From a plasmid: 64,000 bases of DNA. The notes under the pieces were generated by a model. It saw only the letters and a program-made list of their open reading frames with translations. It was not told where the DNA came from and did no database searches. The DNA lies in sequence record NZ_CP021276.1; one strand, written 5' to 3'. Shown piece after piece: positions 10,119 through 22,352 of the stretch. Both the position numbers and the translations under genes were made by a program. The number at the start of each line of letters is the position of its first letter. The first letter of the stretch is position 1.

Positions 10119-10138
10119 AGTTAAATAAGTATTTAACT
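10119..10138. promoter_or_regulatory. Candidate ArsR/SmtB operator: perfect 9-2-9 inverted repeat AGTTAAATA-AG-TATTTAACT, 13 nt upstream of arsR
   Basis: Seen directly in the sequence. The size and position are typical for ArsR-family operators. Confidence 0.5.
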
Positions 10139-10240
10139 TTAAGTGTAGCTCATTCACAGCGGTTGTCAAAAACACTATCCGTTGTCCTTTGCTCAAAAGA
10201 GCTATAATTAAATGAATCTATTTTTGTATAAGGAAGAAGA

Positions 10241-10447
10241 ATGACGACCCTTCTTTCAAATCACAGTCTTCTGATCATCTTAGGATTTGCTTTTTTTATG
10301 GGAATAATTTTAATTATTCTGGCAAAAGGGAGTTCCGGCCATAAAATGAAATTTATAACTCACTTGGGATTTTATCTTTCTCTTGCTGCCGCACTTATCT
10401 TTGCTATAGTGCTTTTTATAGATGTCTTTCCACTTATTTTAAAATGA
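10241..10447 (+). CDS. Hypothetical small membrane protein, divergent from arsR
   Basis: 68 aa with two TM segments. Confidence 0.3.
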   Translation: MTTLLSNHSLLIILGFAFFMGIILIILAKGSSGHKMKFITHLGFYLSLAAALIFAIVLFIDVFPLILK

Positions 10448-10481
10448 CAATCACCAATATGTTACAATTCCATCAAAGGAA

Positions 10482-13643
<3,162 letters not shown>

Positions 13644-14903
13644 TTAGTGCTCGTGGCTTGCGCCATCCTTTCCTAACTCTGCTTTCATAAAAAAGCTATT
13701 ATTGCTGACATAGCGCTGGCCTGCATCAAGCCCCGAAACCACTTCGACCCATTCATCATCCCTTTGGCCTAAAATAACAGGCGTTGCCTCAAAATAATCT
13801 CCTTGCTGGATAAAAATTACTTCTTTCTCATCCATGCGCTGAATAGCCGACAAAAGTATGGCAACTGGAACCGTTTTTTCTTTAATGGTAATTGCGGCAT
13901 TAATGTACATCCCAGGCAACCAAACACGAGGCTCATTAGAAAGAACTGCTCGTGCGAGCGTTGTTTGACTGTCTTCAATGCCTAAGGGCGCAATGTAGGA
14001 GATGGTGCTGATGGATTTTGGTGTTCCTTCATCTCCAGTTACCACCACACTCATTCCTTGTTTTACTAAAGGCACCTCTTTACGATATAAGGTAAAATCA
14101 GCCCACACAGTAGCCAAATTAGCCACTTCATAAATAGGTTTGGTGCTTTGCGCAAGCTCCCCATTGGTTGCGTATTTTTGCACGATGGTTCCGCTCATGG
14201 GTGCATTAATTGTATAATTTTGTAAACTTTCGTTACTCTCAATCGTAACTAATACCTCCCCTTTGGTGACTTCATCGCCTAAATTCTTAGTCATTGATTT
14301 AATAATGCCTGAATAGCGTGCATAGATGGGAGCTAAGGTGTCTCGATTGGGAGCAATTTTACCTACGACTTTAAGTTGAGTTTTAATTGTTTGGCTTTGT
14401 GCCTTAGCCGTTTGAATGTCTGCCGCTTTTAGAATGGCTGGCACCATTTTAATGCGGCCTTCATAAGTCGCATAATGCCAGGTATAGCGTTTATCCTGAA
14501 GCTCTAATTGAATGCTCACATCAAAAGAATGAGGCTCTTCAATCACCTCAACGCTTTGTAAAAAATTCTCGACAGGAGTGAACGCAATTGCTTCTTTTTT
14601 ATCACCAAATCGCTTTAACTGAACGGTCAATTGCGCTTTCCCAGGCGCGATAGGCTCACCATTCTTATACAAATAAGCGCGAAAATGCGGTGGCATGCCC
14701 CGTTCAAAAATTAAAAACTCAAGGGCTATATCTTCATCCTTAAACAAACGCCCACCTTGCGGACCCTTTTCCATGGTTTCTTGATGATTTTTTTCTTCAT
14801 CGCCATGGGATTCTTCATTTGTTGCCCATAACGAAAAGGAACTCAACCCCAATAACAGAATTATAAAGGGCATGCAGGATAGGAATGGCTTTAAAACTCT
14901 CAT
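13644..14903 (-). CDS. czcB: CzcB-like membrane fusion (periplasmic adaptor) protein
   Basis: 419 aa with a signal/TM anchor and a biotinyl-lipoyl / beta-barrel adaptor-like sequence. It overlaps czcC by 4 nt. Confidence 0.8.
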   Translation of the reverse strand: MRVLKPFLSCMPFIILLLGLSSFSLWATNEESHGDEEKNHQETMEKGPQGGRLFKDEDIALEFLIFERGMPPHFRAYLYKNGEPIAPGKAQLTVQLKRFGDKKEAIAFTPVENFLQSVEVIEEPHSFDVSIQLELQDKRYTWHYATYEGRIKMVPAILKAADIQTAKAQSQTIKTQLKVVGKIAPNRDTLAPIYARYSGIIKSMTKNLGDEVTKGEVLVTIESNESLQNYTINAPMSGTIVQKYATNGELAQSTKPIYEVANLATVWADFTLYRKEVPLVKQGMSVVVTGDEGTPKSISTISYIAPLGIEDSQTTLARAVLSNEPRVWLPGMYINAAITIKEKTVPVAILLSAIQRMDEKEVIFIQQGDYFEATPVILGQRDDEWVEVVSGLDAGQRYVSNNSFFMKAELGKDGASHEH

Positions 14904-16147
14904 TTACTCTCCTTAGAAGGCGCTAATCCTAAAAGCCCGGTCAGTTGAATTAAGGCTTTATGATAATCAGCATGAGCTTGTTGGTAATGACGCTCTTCTT
15001 CATACAACGAATTAAGGGCTGTGGATAATTCAATATACGTATAACGTCCCATTTGGTAGCCATCCTGTGCCAATTTGATTGATTTACGCGCCAAAGGTAA
15101 TAACGAATTCGTCACCAAGCTCGCCTCATAATGACTTTGTTCGGCTTGTAGAAAAGCCCCATAGACATTTTGACGCACATCAAGGCGTGTACCTTGAAGC
15201 TCATGAGCCGTTTGGGTGTATTGTGCCTCAGCGGTTATGATTTTTCCTTGATTTCTATTGTAAACAGGGACTTCTGCAAAGGCTGAAGCCACTGCGGCAT
15301 TACTGCCATCATCAGAGAAATGACGACCGCCTAATTGAATGTTTAAATCCGGCCACACAGATTTTTTAACTGCAGTAATAGTCGCACGCTTGGCGTGTAA
15401 TTGCTGTTGAAGCTGTACTAACTGAGGGCTTTGCGGTAATTTTCTAAGTAACACAGCCCAGTTCAATGTCACTCCAGGAAGACCTTTATCCACTAATTGT
15501 CCATCAACTCGTAATCCATCACCTAATAGACGCGCCAATTTCGCACGCTGAAATAATGCATCCCTTGCAGCTTTATTTTCTTGAATACGCGCTTCGCCTA
15601 AGCGCACCTGGGCCAAACGTAAGTCTAATTCCGCTCCAGCGCCTGCCTTAACTCGACGCTCGATTGCGCTTACGATGTCTTGATTGAGGCGAATAAGTTT
15701 TTGGGTGACTTGATGCCATTGACCCGCATAAAGTGCATCCACATAGGCCACACCAACTGCCACATAAAGTATCGCTTTTTGTACTTGAATTTGGGCAAGA
15801 GAGGCTAAGTAATCTGAATAGGTTGCTTTTTTCAGATACTGCAACCGATTACCCAAAGGGATGGGCTGGGTCACTGATGCCGTAGTTTCTGCCGCCTCAT
15901 AACTTGAATAACTCCCCGAGCCGCCAAAGTTTTCTGCGGTTAAAGTCACTTGAGGATTGGGATAAAGCCCACTTTGGATAAAAAAACCGCGCATGGCTTG
16001 TGCTTTATCTATTTCGGCCTGTAATTCGGGATTATTGCGATAAGCAATGCCCAGGGCTTGTTTGAATGTCAAAGGGGTGGCCGCGAGTGCCTCACTCGCT
16101 ACAAGGCTCATTGCACTCCACACAACATAATAAAATAAATAACGCAT
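14900..16147 (-). CDS. czcC: CzcC-like outer-membrane efflux factor (TolC family)
   Basis: 415 aa with a signal peptide and a two-repeat OEP helical pattern. Confidence 0.75.
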   Translation of the reverse strand: MRYLFYYVVWSAMSLVASEALAATPLTFKQALGIAYRNNPELQAEIDKAQAMRGFFIQSGLYPNPQVTLTAENFGGSGSYSSYEAAETTASVTQPIPLGNRLQYLKKATYSDYLASLAQIQVQKAILYVAVGVAYVDALYAGQWHQVTQKLIRLNQDIVSAIERRVKAGAGAELDLRLAQVRLGEARIQENKAARDALFQRAKLARLLGDGLRVDGQLVDKGLPGVTLNWAVLLRKLPQSPQLVQLQQQLHAKRATITAVKKSVWPDLNIQLGGRHFSDDGSNAAVASAFAEVPVYNRNQGKIITAEAQYTQTAHELQGTRLDVRQNVYGAFLQAEQSHYEASLVTNSLLPLARKSIKLAQDGYQMGRYTYIELSTALNSLYEEERHYQQAHADYHKALIQLTGLLGLAPSKESK

Positions 16148-16315
16148 TCCCTACCCTATCAAATCCTTGTCAAACCTTTCGTTCCAGTGTACCTTGATTT
16201 TGGGCCTTGATACACCTTATTGCTAAAAAAACCAGAAAATCATAGCATTAAGTCACTGAAATGATTACCAAACTGGTATACACTGATCTTTATAATCCAT
16301 TAACTTGTTTATCCT

Positions 16316-17050
16316 ATGCACCTACGATTATTATTTGTTTTTTTAATAATCTTGACTGCCGAACTTAAGGCTCAGTCATTAACTATTGGAATAGTAGCGT
16401 ATGACCCGCCGTTTTCAATGAATGCCGACAAAAATCATTTCTTTGGATTTGATGTTGAGCTCATAACAGAGCTTTGCAAGCAAATTAAAGCTCAGTGTCA
16501 ATTGAAACCCATGCTGTTTGACGAGCTGTTTACAGAATTAAAAGCGAGTAAAATTGACTTGGGGATAGCGGCAATTATCATCACCGACGAACGACAGAAA
16601 ACCTTTCTCTTTAGTCTTCCCTATCTGGCAAGTGCAGCACGTTTTATGACCACAAAAAACGACTCAATTACATCTCTTAAAAAACTCAACAATAGATCAA
16701 TAGGCATTATCAGAGGCTCTCTCTTCAAACAACTCATTACTCAGAAATTTAAAACCAATAGGGTTAGAGAATATCCTTCAACTAATCAACTCATCACTGC
16801 CTTAAATCAACAGGAAGTGGATGCCTTGCTTATGGATGACTTTTCGGCTGATTATTGGATAGCCAATAATAACACCTTGTTTAAAGGATTAGGTAAACCC
16901 TTCCCCGTCGGCATCGGTTATGGAATCATGGCCAAAATGGATTCTAAGATGCTAATGAACCAAATCAATCAAGCCTTAAAACATATCGAAAAAAATGGAT
17001 TTTATTTATCTTTATATCAAAAATATTTTCACACCATACCCATGCATTAA
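16316..17050 (+). CDS. Periplasmic solute-binding protein (family 3 / amino-acid ABC-type SBP fold)
   Basis: 244 aa with a signal peptide. It is divergent from czcC. Confidence 0.5.
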   Translation: MHLRLLFVFLIILTAELKAQSLTIGIVAYDPPFSMNADKNHFFGFDVELITELCKQIKAQCQLKPMLFDELFTELKASKIDLGIAAIIITDERQKTFLFSLPYLASAARFMTTKNDSITSLKKLNNRSIGIIRGSLFKQLITQKFKTNRVREYPSTNQLITALNQQEVDALLMDDFSADYWIANNNTLFKGLGKPFPVGIGYGIMAKMDSKMLMNQINQALKHIEKNGFYLSLYQKYFHTIPMH

Positions 17051-17102
17051 AATATGAATCACTAACGGTTATCTTAATGTCAATTTTTTAATTTAATTCG
17101 GT

Positions 17103-17276
17103 TTAGTGGTGTCCGTGACCATGACCACGCGGGTGATACCCACCAAATACACGTTTAGGCTGTTTATTGTTTTTTGAATCTTCCTTATTAATAGAAGAAG
17201 CGCAGGAAGCCAACAAAAACATTAAAGAAATGAGCACTAATACATATGGGGTTACCAAACTAGATTTTTTCATCAT
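17103..17276 (-). CDS. Unannotated small lipoprotein with a C-terminal His-Gly repeat (probable metal-binding peptide)
   Basis: I hand-translated the minus strand (57 aa): MMKKSSLVTPYVLVLISLMFLLASCASSINKEDSKNNKQPKRVFGGYHPRGHGHGHH. It has a lipobox (LASC). The listed +ORF 17167–17400 on the opposite strand is probably spurious. Confidence 0.4.
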   Translation of the reverse strand: MMKKSSLVTPYVLVLISLMFLLASCASSINKEDSKNNKQPKRVFGGYHPRGHGHGHH

Positions 17277-17439
17277 TCGCATCCTTGGAATAACTCACTT
17301 GCTGTTATTTTTTAATATCATTATTATGGATGAAATAAAAGTAAATTGTACTCCTTTGGTTTTATATTCATTCAATATAAAAAAAACGGAGTTAAATTGA
17401 TGAAATTTTATTCCCGTCAACACCGCACAGGAGGCGAAT

Positions 17440-17886
17440 ATGAAAAAAGAGGTTTTTATTTCAATCTGTGGCGGCCTTATTTTTTCGTTATCCACACAAA
17501 CAATCCTGGCCGATGAAATTCCCAGTCGCACCTTACCTATGTCTGAAATCTTGAAAATTCTACAGACTCGCGGTTATAGCGTAATAAGAGAAGTTGAATT
17601 TGATGATGGTTTATATGAGGTGGAAGCCTTTGATGAAAAAGGGATTCAGCTTATTATTCGAATGAACCCAAATACAGGGGACTTTATCAACACCAATTTA
17701 AAAACCAAGAAATACCCCATCTCAATGCTTGAAGCGGCGCAGAGAATTGAGGGCGCTGGCTATCATACTATTTTCAAAATTGAAGCGCACGGCAGTCAGT
17801 ATGAGGCAAAGGCCCTTGGTACAGAGGATAAAAAAATTAAATTACGCATCGATGCTAATTCTGGCAAAATATATATCCTTGAATAA
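17440..17886 (+). CDS. PepSY-domain secreted protein (two PepSY-like repeats)
   Basis: Has a signal peptide. The ...YEVEAFDEKGIQL... / ...QYEAKALGTEDKKIKL... pattern is typical of PepSY. Confidence 0.5.
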   Translation: MKKEVFISICGGLIFSLSTQTILADEIPSRTLPMSEILKILQTRGYSVIREVEFDDGLYEVEAFDEKGIQLIIRMNPNTGDFINTNLKTKKYPISMLEAAQRIEGAGYHTIFKIEAHGSQYEAKALGTEDKKIKLRIDANSGKIYILE

Positions 17887-18132
17887 GAGAACTAGAGTTA
17901 TTAATTCTGCAACATTTAAAATTTTTCAATAAATAAAACAGCCAACCTATTTAAGTTAAGCTTAAAGAAATTTAAGACTTGACATCCTCTATCCTTATCC
18001 CAAGAGCCATCACGAATCAGCTGATGCCTGCAATGCTGCCTGTTTTTTAAATCCAAGGAAGGCTTAGCATGCACAAGATAAATATAATGACGTCATAAGA
18101 GATTTTCCAATCTAATATTTTAGATTTTTGCA

Positions 18133-18495
18133 TCAGGGCGCAAGTTCCGGAGCGCTAGGCCTAACAATACTGAGCGTAATAAGGGCTGCAAGATTTGCCA
18201 TGATGCCAATCATCAAAAGAGGTATGGTGAGCACTGCACCTGCGGTAATTTTTTGCCACAAGGGAATTTCATTCCAAAACCTTGCAGCACGAGAAAGCCA
18301 ACTAGGATTGTTATTCATTGATTGAATCAGTTGATTTAGATCTACTTTGATTTTTTGTATTTTATTTTGAGTCGTTATAATCTTCTCAAAATGTTCTTTA
18401 TCTTTTTTTGTTTTCTGAGCGAGAGTGTCCTGCTCCATATGTTCTGATTGATGGATATCAGAATTCAACACAAGTTCCACTTTTTGATACGACAT
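18133..18495 (-). CDS. Hypothetical coiled-coil protein with a C-terminal TM anchor
   Basis: ORF only. Confidence 0.3.
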   Translation of the reverse strand: MSYQKVELVLNSDIHQSEHMEQDTLAQKTKKDKEHFEKIITTQNKIQKIKVDLNQLIQSMNNNPSWLSRAARFWNEIPLWQKITAGAVLTIPLLMIGIMANLAALITLSIVRPSAPELAP

Positions 18496-19190
18496 AATTC
18501 TTCCTTACAACGAATGAGTCATCCACTTTTTTTAAATCGAAATGGTGTCACCTGATCATTAGGTTAACCTTAAGATAAGCAGGGTGACGGATAACCTCTT
18601 AATTATTGAGTTAATTACCAGTACCTTTTTTACGTATTGGATTGAGGTGTATCTTCGGTTTTTGAGGTACCGTATAAAAACCCTGAAAATAAGGTCTTAA
18701 GGTTGCTCATTGAGGGGGAAAATTGATTTTTAATATTCAGAATGTTACTCATTACCACGTTTCCTTAATTTGGTTTGAAACAACAATCAACCGGGCGTTT
18801 TTCCTTCGAACGGTTAAATCTTGATCATTCTATCGAATAAATTATGTTCAGTCATTCTTTTTTAGTGACTCACTATTCTTTATCTACTTGCCGCATTAAG
18901 GTTACCTGAATGGATATTTTTTAGTATCCCATCAACCACCAAGAGGTTCGTTTTCATCAAAATACCCAGGCGCTTTTTAAATGAATATTGAGATAATTTT
19001 TATCTTGTTCTTAACTCTTTATCGGTACTGCCTTAATTCAATCTATTCACATAGTTATCCCCTAAAATTGTGGATAAAAGAATGTTTTAAATTTGACCAC
19101 CTGCCTTTGATTTCGGAGCTTAGGAGCATTTAATAGTAATGAGCGAAGCGAATTCATTTAAAGCAGTTTAAAAGAAGGATTTAGATTTGT

Positions 19191-19345
19191 GCCTCGTCAT
19201 TCATCGCTCAGTCGCAAAAAATAAAAATAACGGAGTATTTTATTAAGAACAATGAGGAACGGAGCGAGCTTGCGAGTGAGTAGTCATTGTTCTTAATAAA
19301 ATGCGGAGTTATCTTTTATTGCGATTGAGTGATGGGTGATGAGGC
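19191..19345. repeat. ~155-bp imperfect palindrome: two ~65-bp inverted arms around a 26-bp centre
   Basis: Left arm: gcctcgtcattcatcgctcagtcgcaa...attttattaagaacaatga. The right arm is its near reverse complement, with a perfect 20-bp core (ATTTTATTAAGAACAATGA / TCATTGTTCTTAATAAAAT). Confidence 0.6.
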
Positions 19346-19420
19346 AATCGATCTTTAATTATTGCTTTGTTTGTTTTTTTATTTGATTATTGGCCATAGG
19401 CCAATTCATTATTATTAATT

Positions 19421-19447
19421 ATCCACAAGGATGTTCTGTGGATAATA
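19421..19447. promoter_or_regulatory. Two perfect DnaA boxes in inverted orientation (TTATCCACA ... TGTGGATAA) in an AT-rich tract, as part of a candidate oriV downstream of repA. Another TGTGGATAA lies near 19078–19086.
   Basis: Seen directly in the sequence. The DnaA-box consensus TTATCCACA is established knowledge. Confidence 0.55.
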
Positions 19448-19741
19448 TTCAAGAAGGTTTAAATGGGACTATAAGTAAGAGCAGACACTTAAAAGCTATT
19501 CTATAAGACACTTAAATTTCATTATAGCAAAATATGTACAGTGGATTTTATTAAAAGTGATGGTTTATTCCATGTAATTCACATGTTTTGCAGGTGATGA
19601 ATGCATTTTTTCTACTCTAATTATAGATAATGATACAAATTTGAGTTTGTGACGCCTTTTAGTGGTGTTGTGGGTATAGAGTAGGGTTAGAGGATCATCT
19701 CTGATAAACAAAGGTAAGGTATTAAGGTGGGTTGCAGCGCC

Positions 19742-20578
19742 CTATTCCTGAAATTTGTGACGGCGTAAAAGGGATTCGCGTCGTCTGCGCTCTTTTTCGC
19801 GCGCCTGCTCTTCGGTTTTCTGCTCCAACTTAAGCATGTCTTTCATTACATCAATATGGGTTTTAGCATTCCCTTTTGGAGCTATAAAATCAAGAATGTT
19901 ACGTGCGGCAGCCTGAGACTCCTGAGCATTGGCAATAAAGATGCTTCGCTTCTTATTAAGCCGTTTACGCGCAAGAGCGCGTTGTGCCGACAGTGCCTGA
20001 AGATTAATGTTGCATGCTTTAAAAAAGGCGGGCGTTAGGCATTTTACCGCGGCAAGACCAATAAAACGCTCTTTACCTTCCTCTAGTTTAACATCAAAAC
20101 GCTCAATCATTTTTAAATAGCCTGCACGAACCAGTAATTTAATAGCGCGTTGTGCTCGCTTTAAACCAATTCCTGCCTTATCAGCAAGAAATTCGATGGT
20201 AAGGGAGCGAAAGCCTTCACTTGCATGAGGTACACCCACCCGAAGGCTTGCCAGTTCTGTGTAATATAATAAGACCTGAGCAATGCTTGCCAAAGCCTCA
20301 CGTGCCTCAGAGCGCTGCTGGCGCGTTGAGTTGCGGCGCATACGGATTTCTTTAAAATAGGATGTGGGTAGCCCATAGTAACGCCGCCAGGCATCAATCG
20401 CCCAGGTAATTATTTTGGGGCGAGCCTTATGTTCCTGTGGCTTTTGAAAAAAACGTGGGGACTCAGGATCATGGCCGCACCAGTTCCCCTGACGCACCAC
20501 CCCTGCCCTTCGAGAGCTGTAGTCTGTTGATTTCTCAATGAAATCAATGCAATCCATCACTAACGCACTTTCTTGCAT
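19742..20578 (-). CDS. repA: Plasmid replication initiator (RepA; IncFII-RepA-like by context)
   Basis: 278 aa, basic, with a K/R-rich C-terminus. It is flanked downstream by DnaA boxes and an AT-rich region, and upstream by a structured leader plus a partition cassette. The family assignment is from memory and is not verified. Confidence 0.55.
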   Translation of the reverse strand: MQESALVMDCIDFIEKSTDYSSRRAGVVRQGNWCGHDPESPRFFQKPQEHKARPKIITWAIDAWRRYYGLPTSYFKEIRMRRNSTRQQRSEAREALASIAQVLLYYTELASLRVGVPHASEGFRSLTIEFLADKAGIGLKRAQRAIKLLVRAGYLKMIERFDVKLEEGKERFIGLAAVKCLTPAFFKACNINLQALSAQRALARKRLNKKRSIFIANAQESQAAARNILDFIAPKGNAKTHIDVMKDMLKLEQKTEEQAREKERRRRESLLRRHKFQE

Positions 20579-20642
20579 GCGTAAAATACCCTTAGCGGTA
20601 GCTAATTATTGACTAATCAATTACTTAACGCTAAGATATAAT

Positions 20643-20702
20643 TGTTCAGGTTATACTTTAGCGTTAACCGGAAAAGCCCGCGCCAACGGGCTTTTTTTTT
20701 GT
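20643..20702 (+). ncRNA. Candidate short countertranscript (CopA-like antisense RNA) in the repA leader
   Basis: A TATAAT hexamer at 20637–20642 lies ~30 nt upstream of a hairpin (cttaacgctaag / ctttagcgttaacc). The terminator is at 20672–20702. This is inferred, not demonstrated. Confidence 0.3.
20672..20702 (+). terminator. Rho-independent terminator on the + strand: GC-rich stem AAAGCCCG / CGGGCTTT, then T9
   Basis: No + strand gene lies upstream of it. It sits antisense to the repA leader. Confidence 0.6.
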
Positions 20703-20801
20703 ATTTAAACTCATTAGTCCAAAGTTATCGTTTATTATTAAACCAGTCAACTTCTTTTTTTTTATAACCACTTGAAATAATGGATTATTTTGTAATTTAT
20801 T

Positions 20802-21173
20802 GGTTCACATTCGGTTCACGTTTTTTCAAGTGAAATGGTTCACAATTAGTTCACGAACTGCTTGAATATCTACACTGATATTTGTACCACTGAAGCTCAT
20901 ATTCGGCTCACACTTTTGATTTACATGACTCTAAATTAGCTAATATTTAGATCTAAATAATGGTACACAAACGGTTCACATAAATGCAGGAGGCTCTTTA
21001 TTTAATTAGATCAGTTCGAAAACATACCCAATCAGAATATGCAGTTCACGATTAATTCAGATCATATTTTCAATTTTAATCAAATACAGAAATGGAATAG
21101 CCTAAATGATTTTACTTAAAGGTTCACAAATGGTTCACGTTAAATGATGTTTATTGGTTCACAAAAGGAACAC
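20802..21173. repeat. Iteron/centromere-like field: ~12 GGTTCAC-type half-sites, mostly as pairs with 11-bp centre-to-centre spacing
   Basis: Sites at 20802/20813, 20837/20848, 20904, 20962/20973, 21043, 21121/21132 and 21156/21167. Confidence 0.7.
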
Positions 21174-21302
21174 AAAATAACAATTAAATATATAAAAAAA
21201 TATTTTATGTATTTTAGTAACTTTATCATTGACCTAAAGAAGTGAGTATGCAATTGTATGTATTAATACAATAATAATGAAAAAACATACAAGGCACGAA
21301 TA

Positions 21303-22352
21303 ATGGAACAATTAAGCTGGACTAACTCAGACATTCGTAAATTATTTAAAATGGATAATCGATTCAAATCAGTTCAGACATTATATAACGCAGAAGATCG
21401 AGGAGAAATACCTACAGCCAAAAGAGAGGCTAGAGGGAAAGTTTCAACTAGAGTATGGGACTTATATCAACTCCCTGAAATTGGTAAACGATTCGGCTTT
21501 TTGAAACCACCAATACAACAAAAGATACTATGTAAATACATGCAAAAAGGAGGAGTTTACAAAACAACTTCCAGCTATAATGAGGCACGCACTTTAGCAC
21601 TTAATGGCATTAAAACCATTTTAATAGGCTTGGATCCCGAATGCTCTGTTTCTGATATAATAATTCCTCAGCAAGAACTTAATAGACTTGATGATTTTGA
21701 ACAAGCAAAAGGTCTATTTCATTTTTTTGTCGAAAATACGCCATTAGATGAAATCATTCGTCCCACATCATTACCCACCCTTGATTTCATACCTGAAACA
21801 CATGATTTGGTAAAATTAAACAAATGGATGTCCTTTGAAAAACGTCGCGAATATATTTTTCAGGATAAGTTAATTCCTCTCCTATCCAAATATGATGTCA
21901 TCATTTTTGATAATAGTCCTACATGGAATCATCTCGTTGAGAACTCAATTTTAGTTTCTTCATCAGTTATTATGCCATTAGGATGCAGCCTCCTCGCCTA
22001 TAATGCATCCGCTACTAATATGCAAAACATATGGGATTTTCAAGATGTGATGAGGCTAACAAACCAAGGATTAATAATGTTTAGCACGGCTCTTGAGCGA
22101 AGCTCTCTTAGCCAACAAATCAATGCAACCTATCTAAGTCGTTATGTTGACTACATGATAACAACCCCCATACGCAAGTCTGTAAAATGGGAAGAAGCTC
22201 TGATGTCTAAACAGACTATTATAGAATACGCTCTTGGATCTTCTCAAGCAGAAGAATACTACCATCTAGTTTCTGAGTTATGGGCTAGGGTCAATAATAA
22301 TGAACATAGCTTTGTCGATTTATTACTAACTAACGAGCTAGAGGCTATCTAA
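21303..22352 (+). CDS. parA: ParA-family partition ATPase (type Ia, SopA/P1-ParA-like)
   Basis: Has the deviant Walker A KGGVYKTT, A' box ILIGLDPE and Walker B VIIFDNSP, plus a ~70-aa N-terminal extension. Confidence 0.8.
   Translation: MEQLSWTNSDIRKLFKMDNRFKSVQTLYNAEDRGEIPTAKREARGKVSTRVWDLYQLPEIGKRFGFLKPPIQQKILCKYMQKGGVYKTTSSYNEARTLALNGIKTILIGLDPECSVSDIIIPQQELNRLDDFEQAKGLFHFFVENTPLDEIIRPTSLPTLDFIPETHDLVKLNKWMSFEKRREYIFQDKLIPLLSKYDVIIFDNSPTWNHLVENSILVSSSVIMPLGCSLLAYNASATNMQNIWDFQDVMRLTNQGLIMFSTALERSSLSQQINATYLSRYVDYMITTPIRKSVKWEEALMSKQTIIEYALGSSQAEEYYHLVSELWARVNNNEHSFVDLLLTNELEAI

Noticed and set aside
17167-17400. 77-aa + strand ORF
   Set aside because: The opposite strand encodes a much more convincing lipoprotein with a His-rich tail (17103–17276). 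The + ORF is AT-rich junk-like sequence.
18500-19190. ~700 bp of non-coding AT-rich sequence scanned for tRNA, ncRNA or IS ends
   Set aside because: I could recognise no cloverleaf-compatible or IS-end-like structure. It is probably replicon control/ori flanking DNA, treated under the ori finding.
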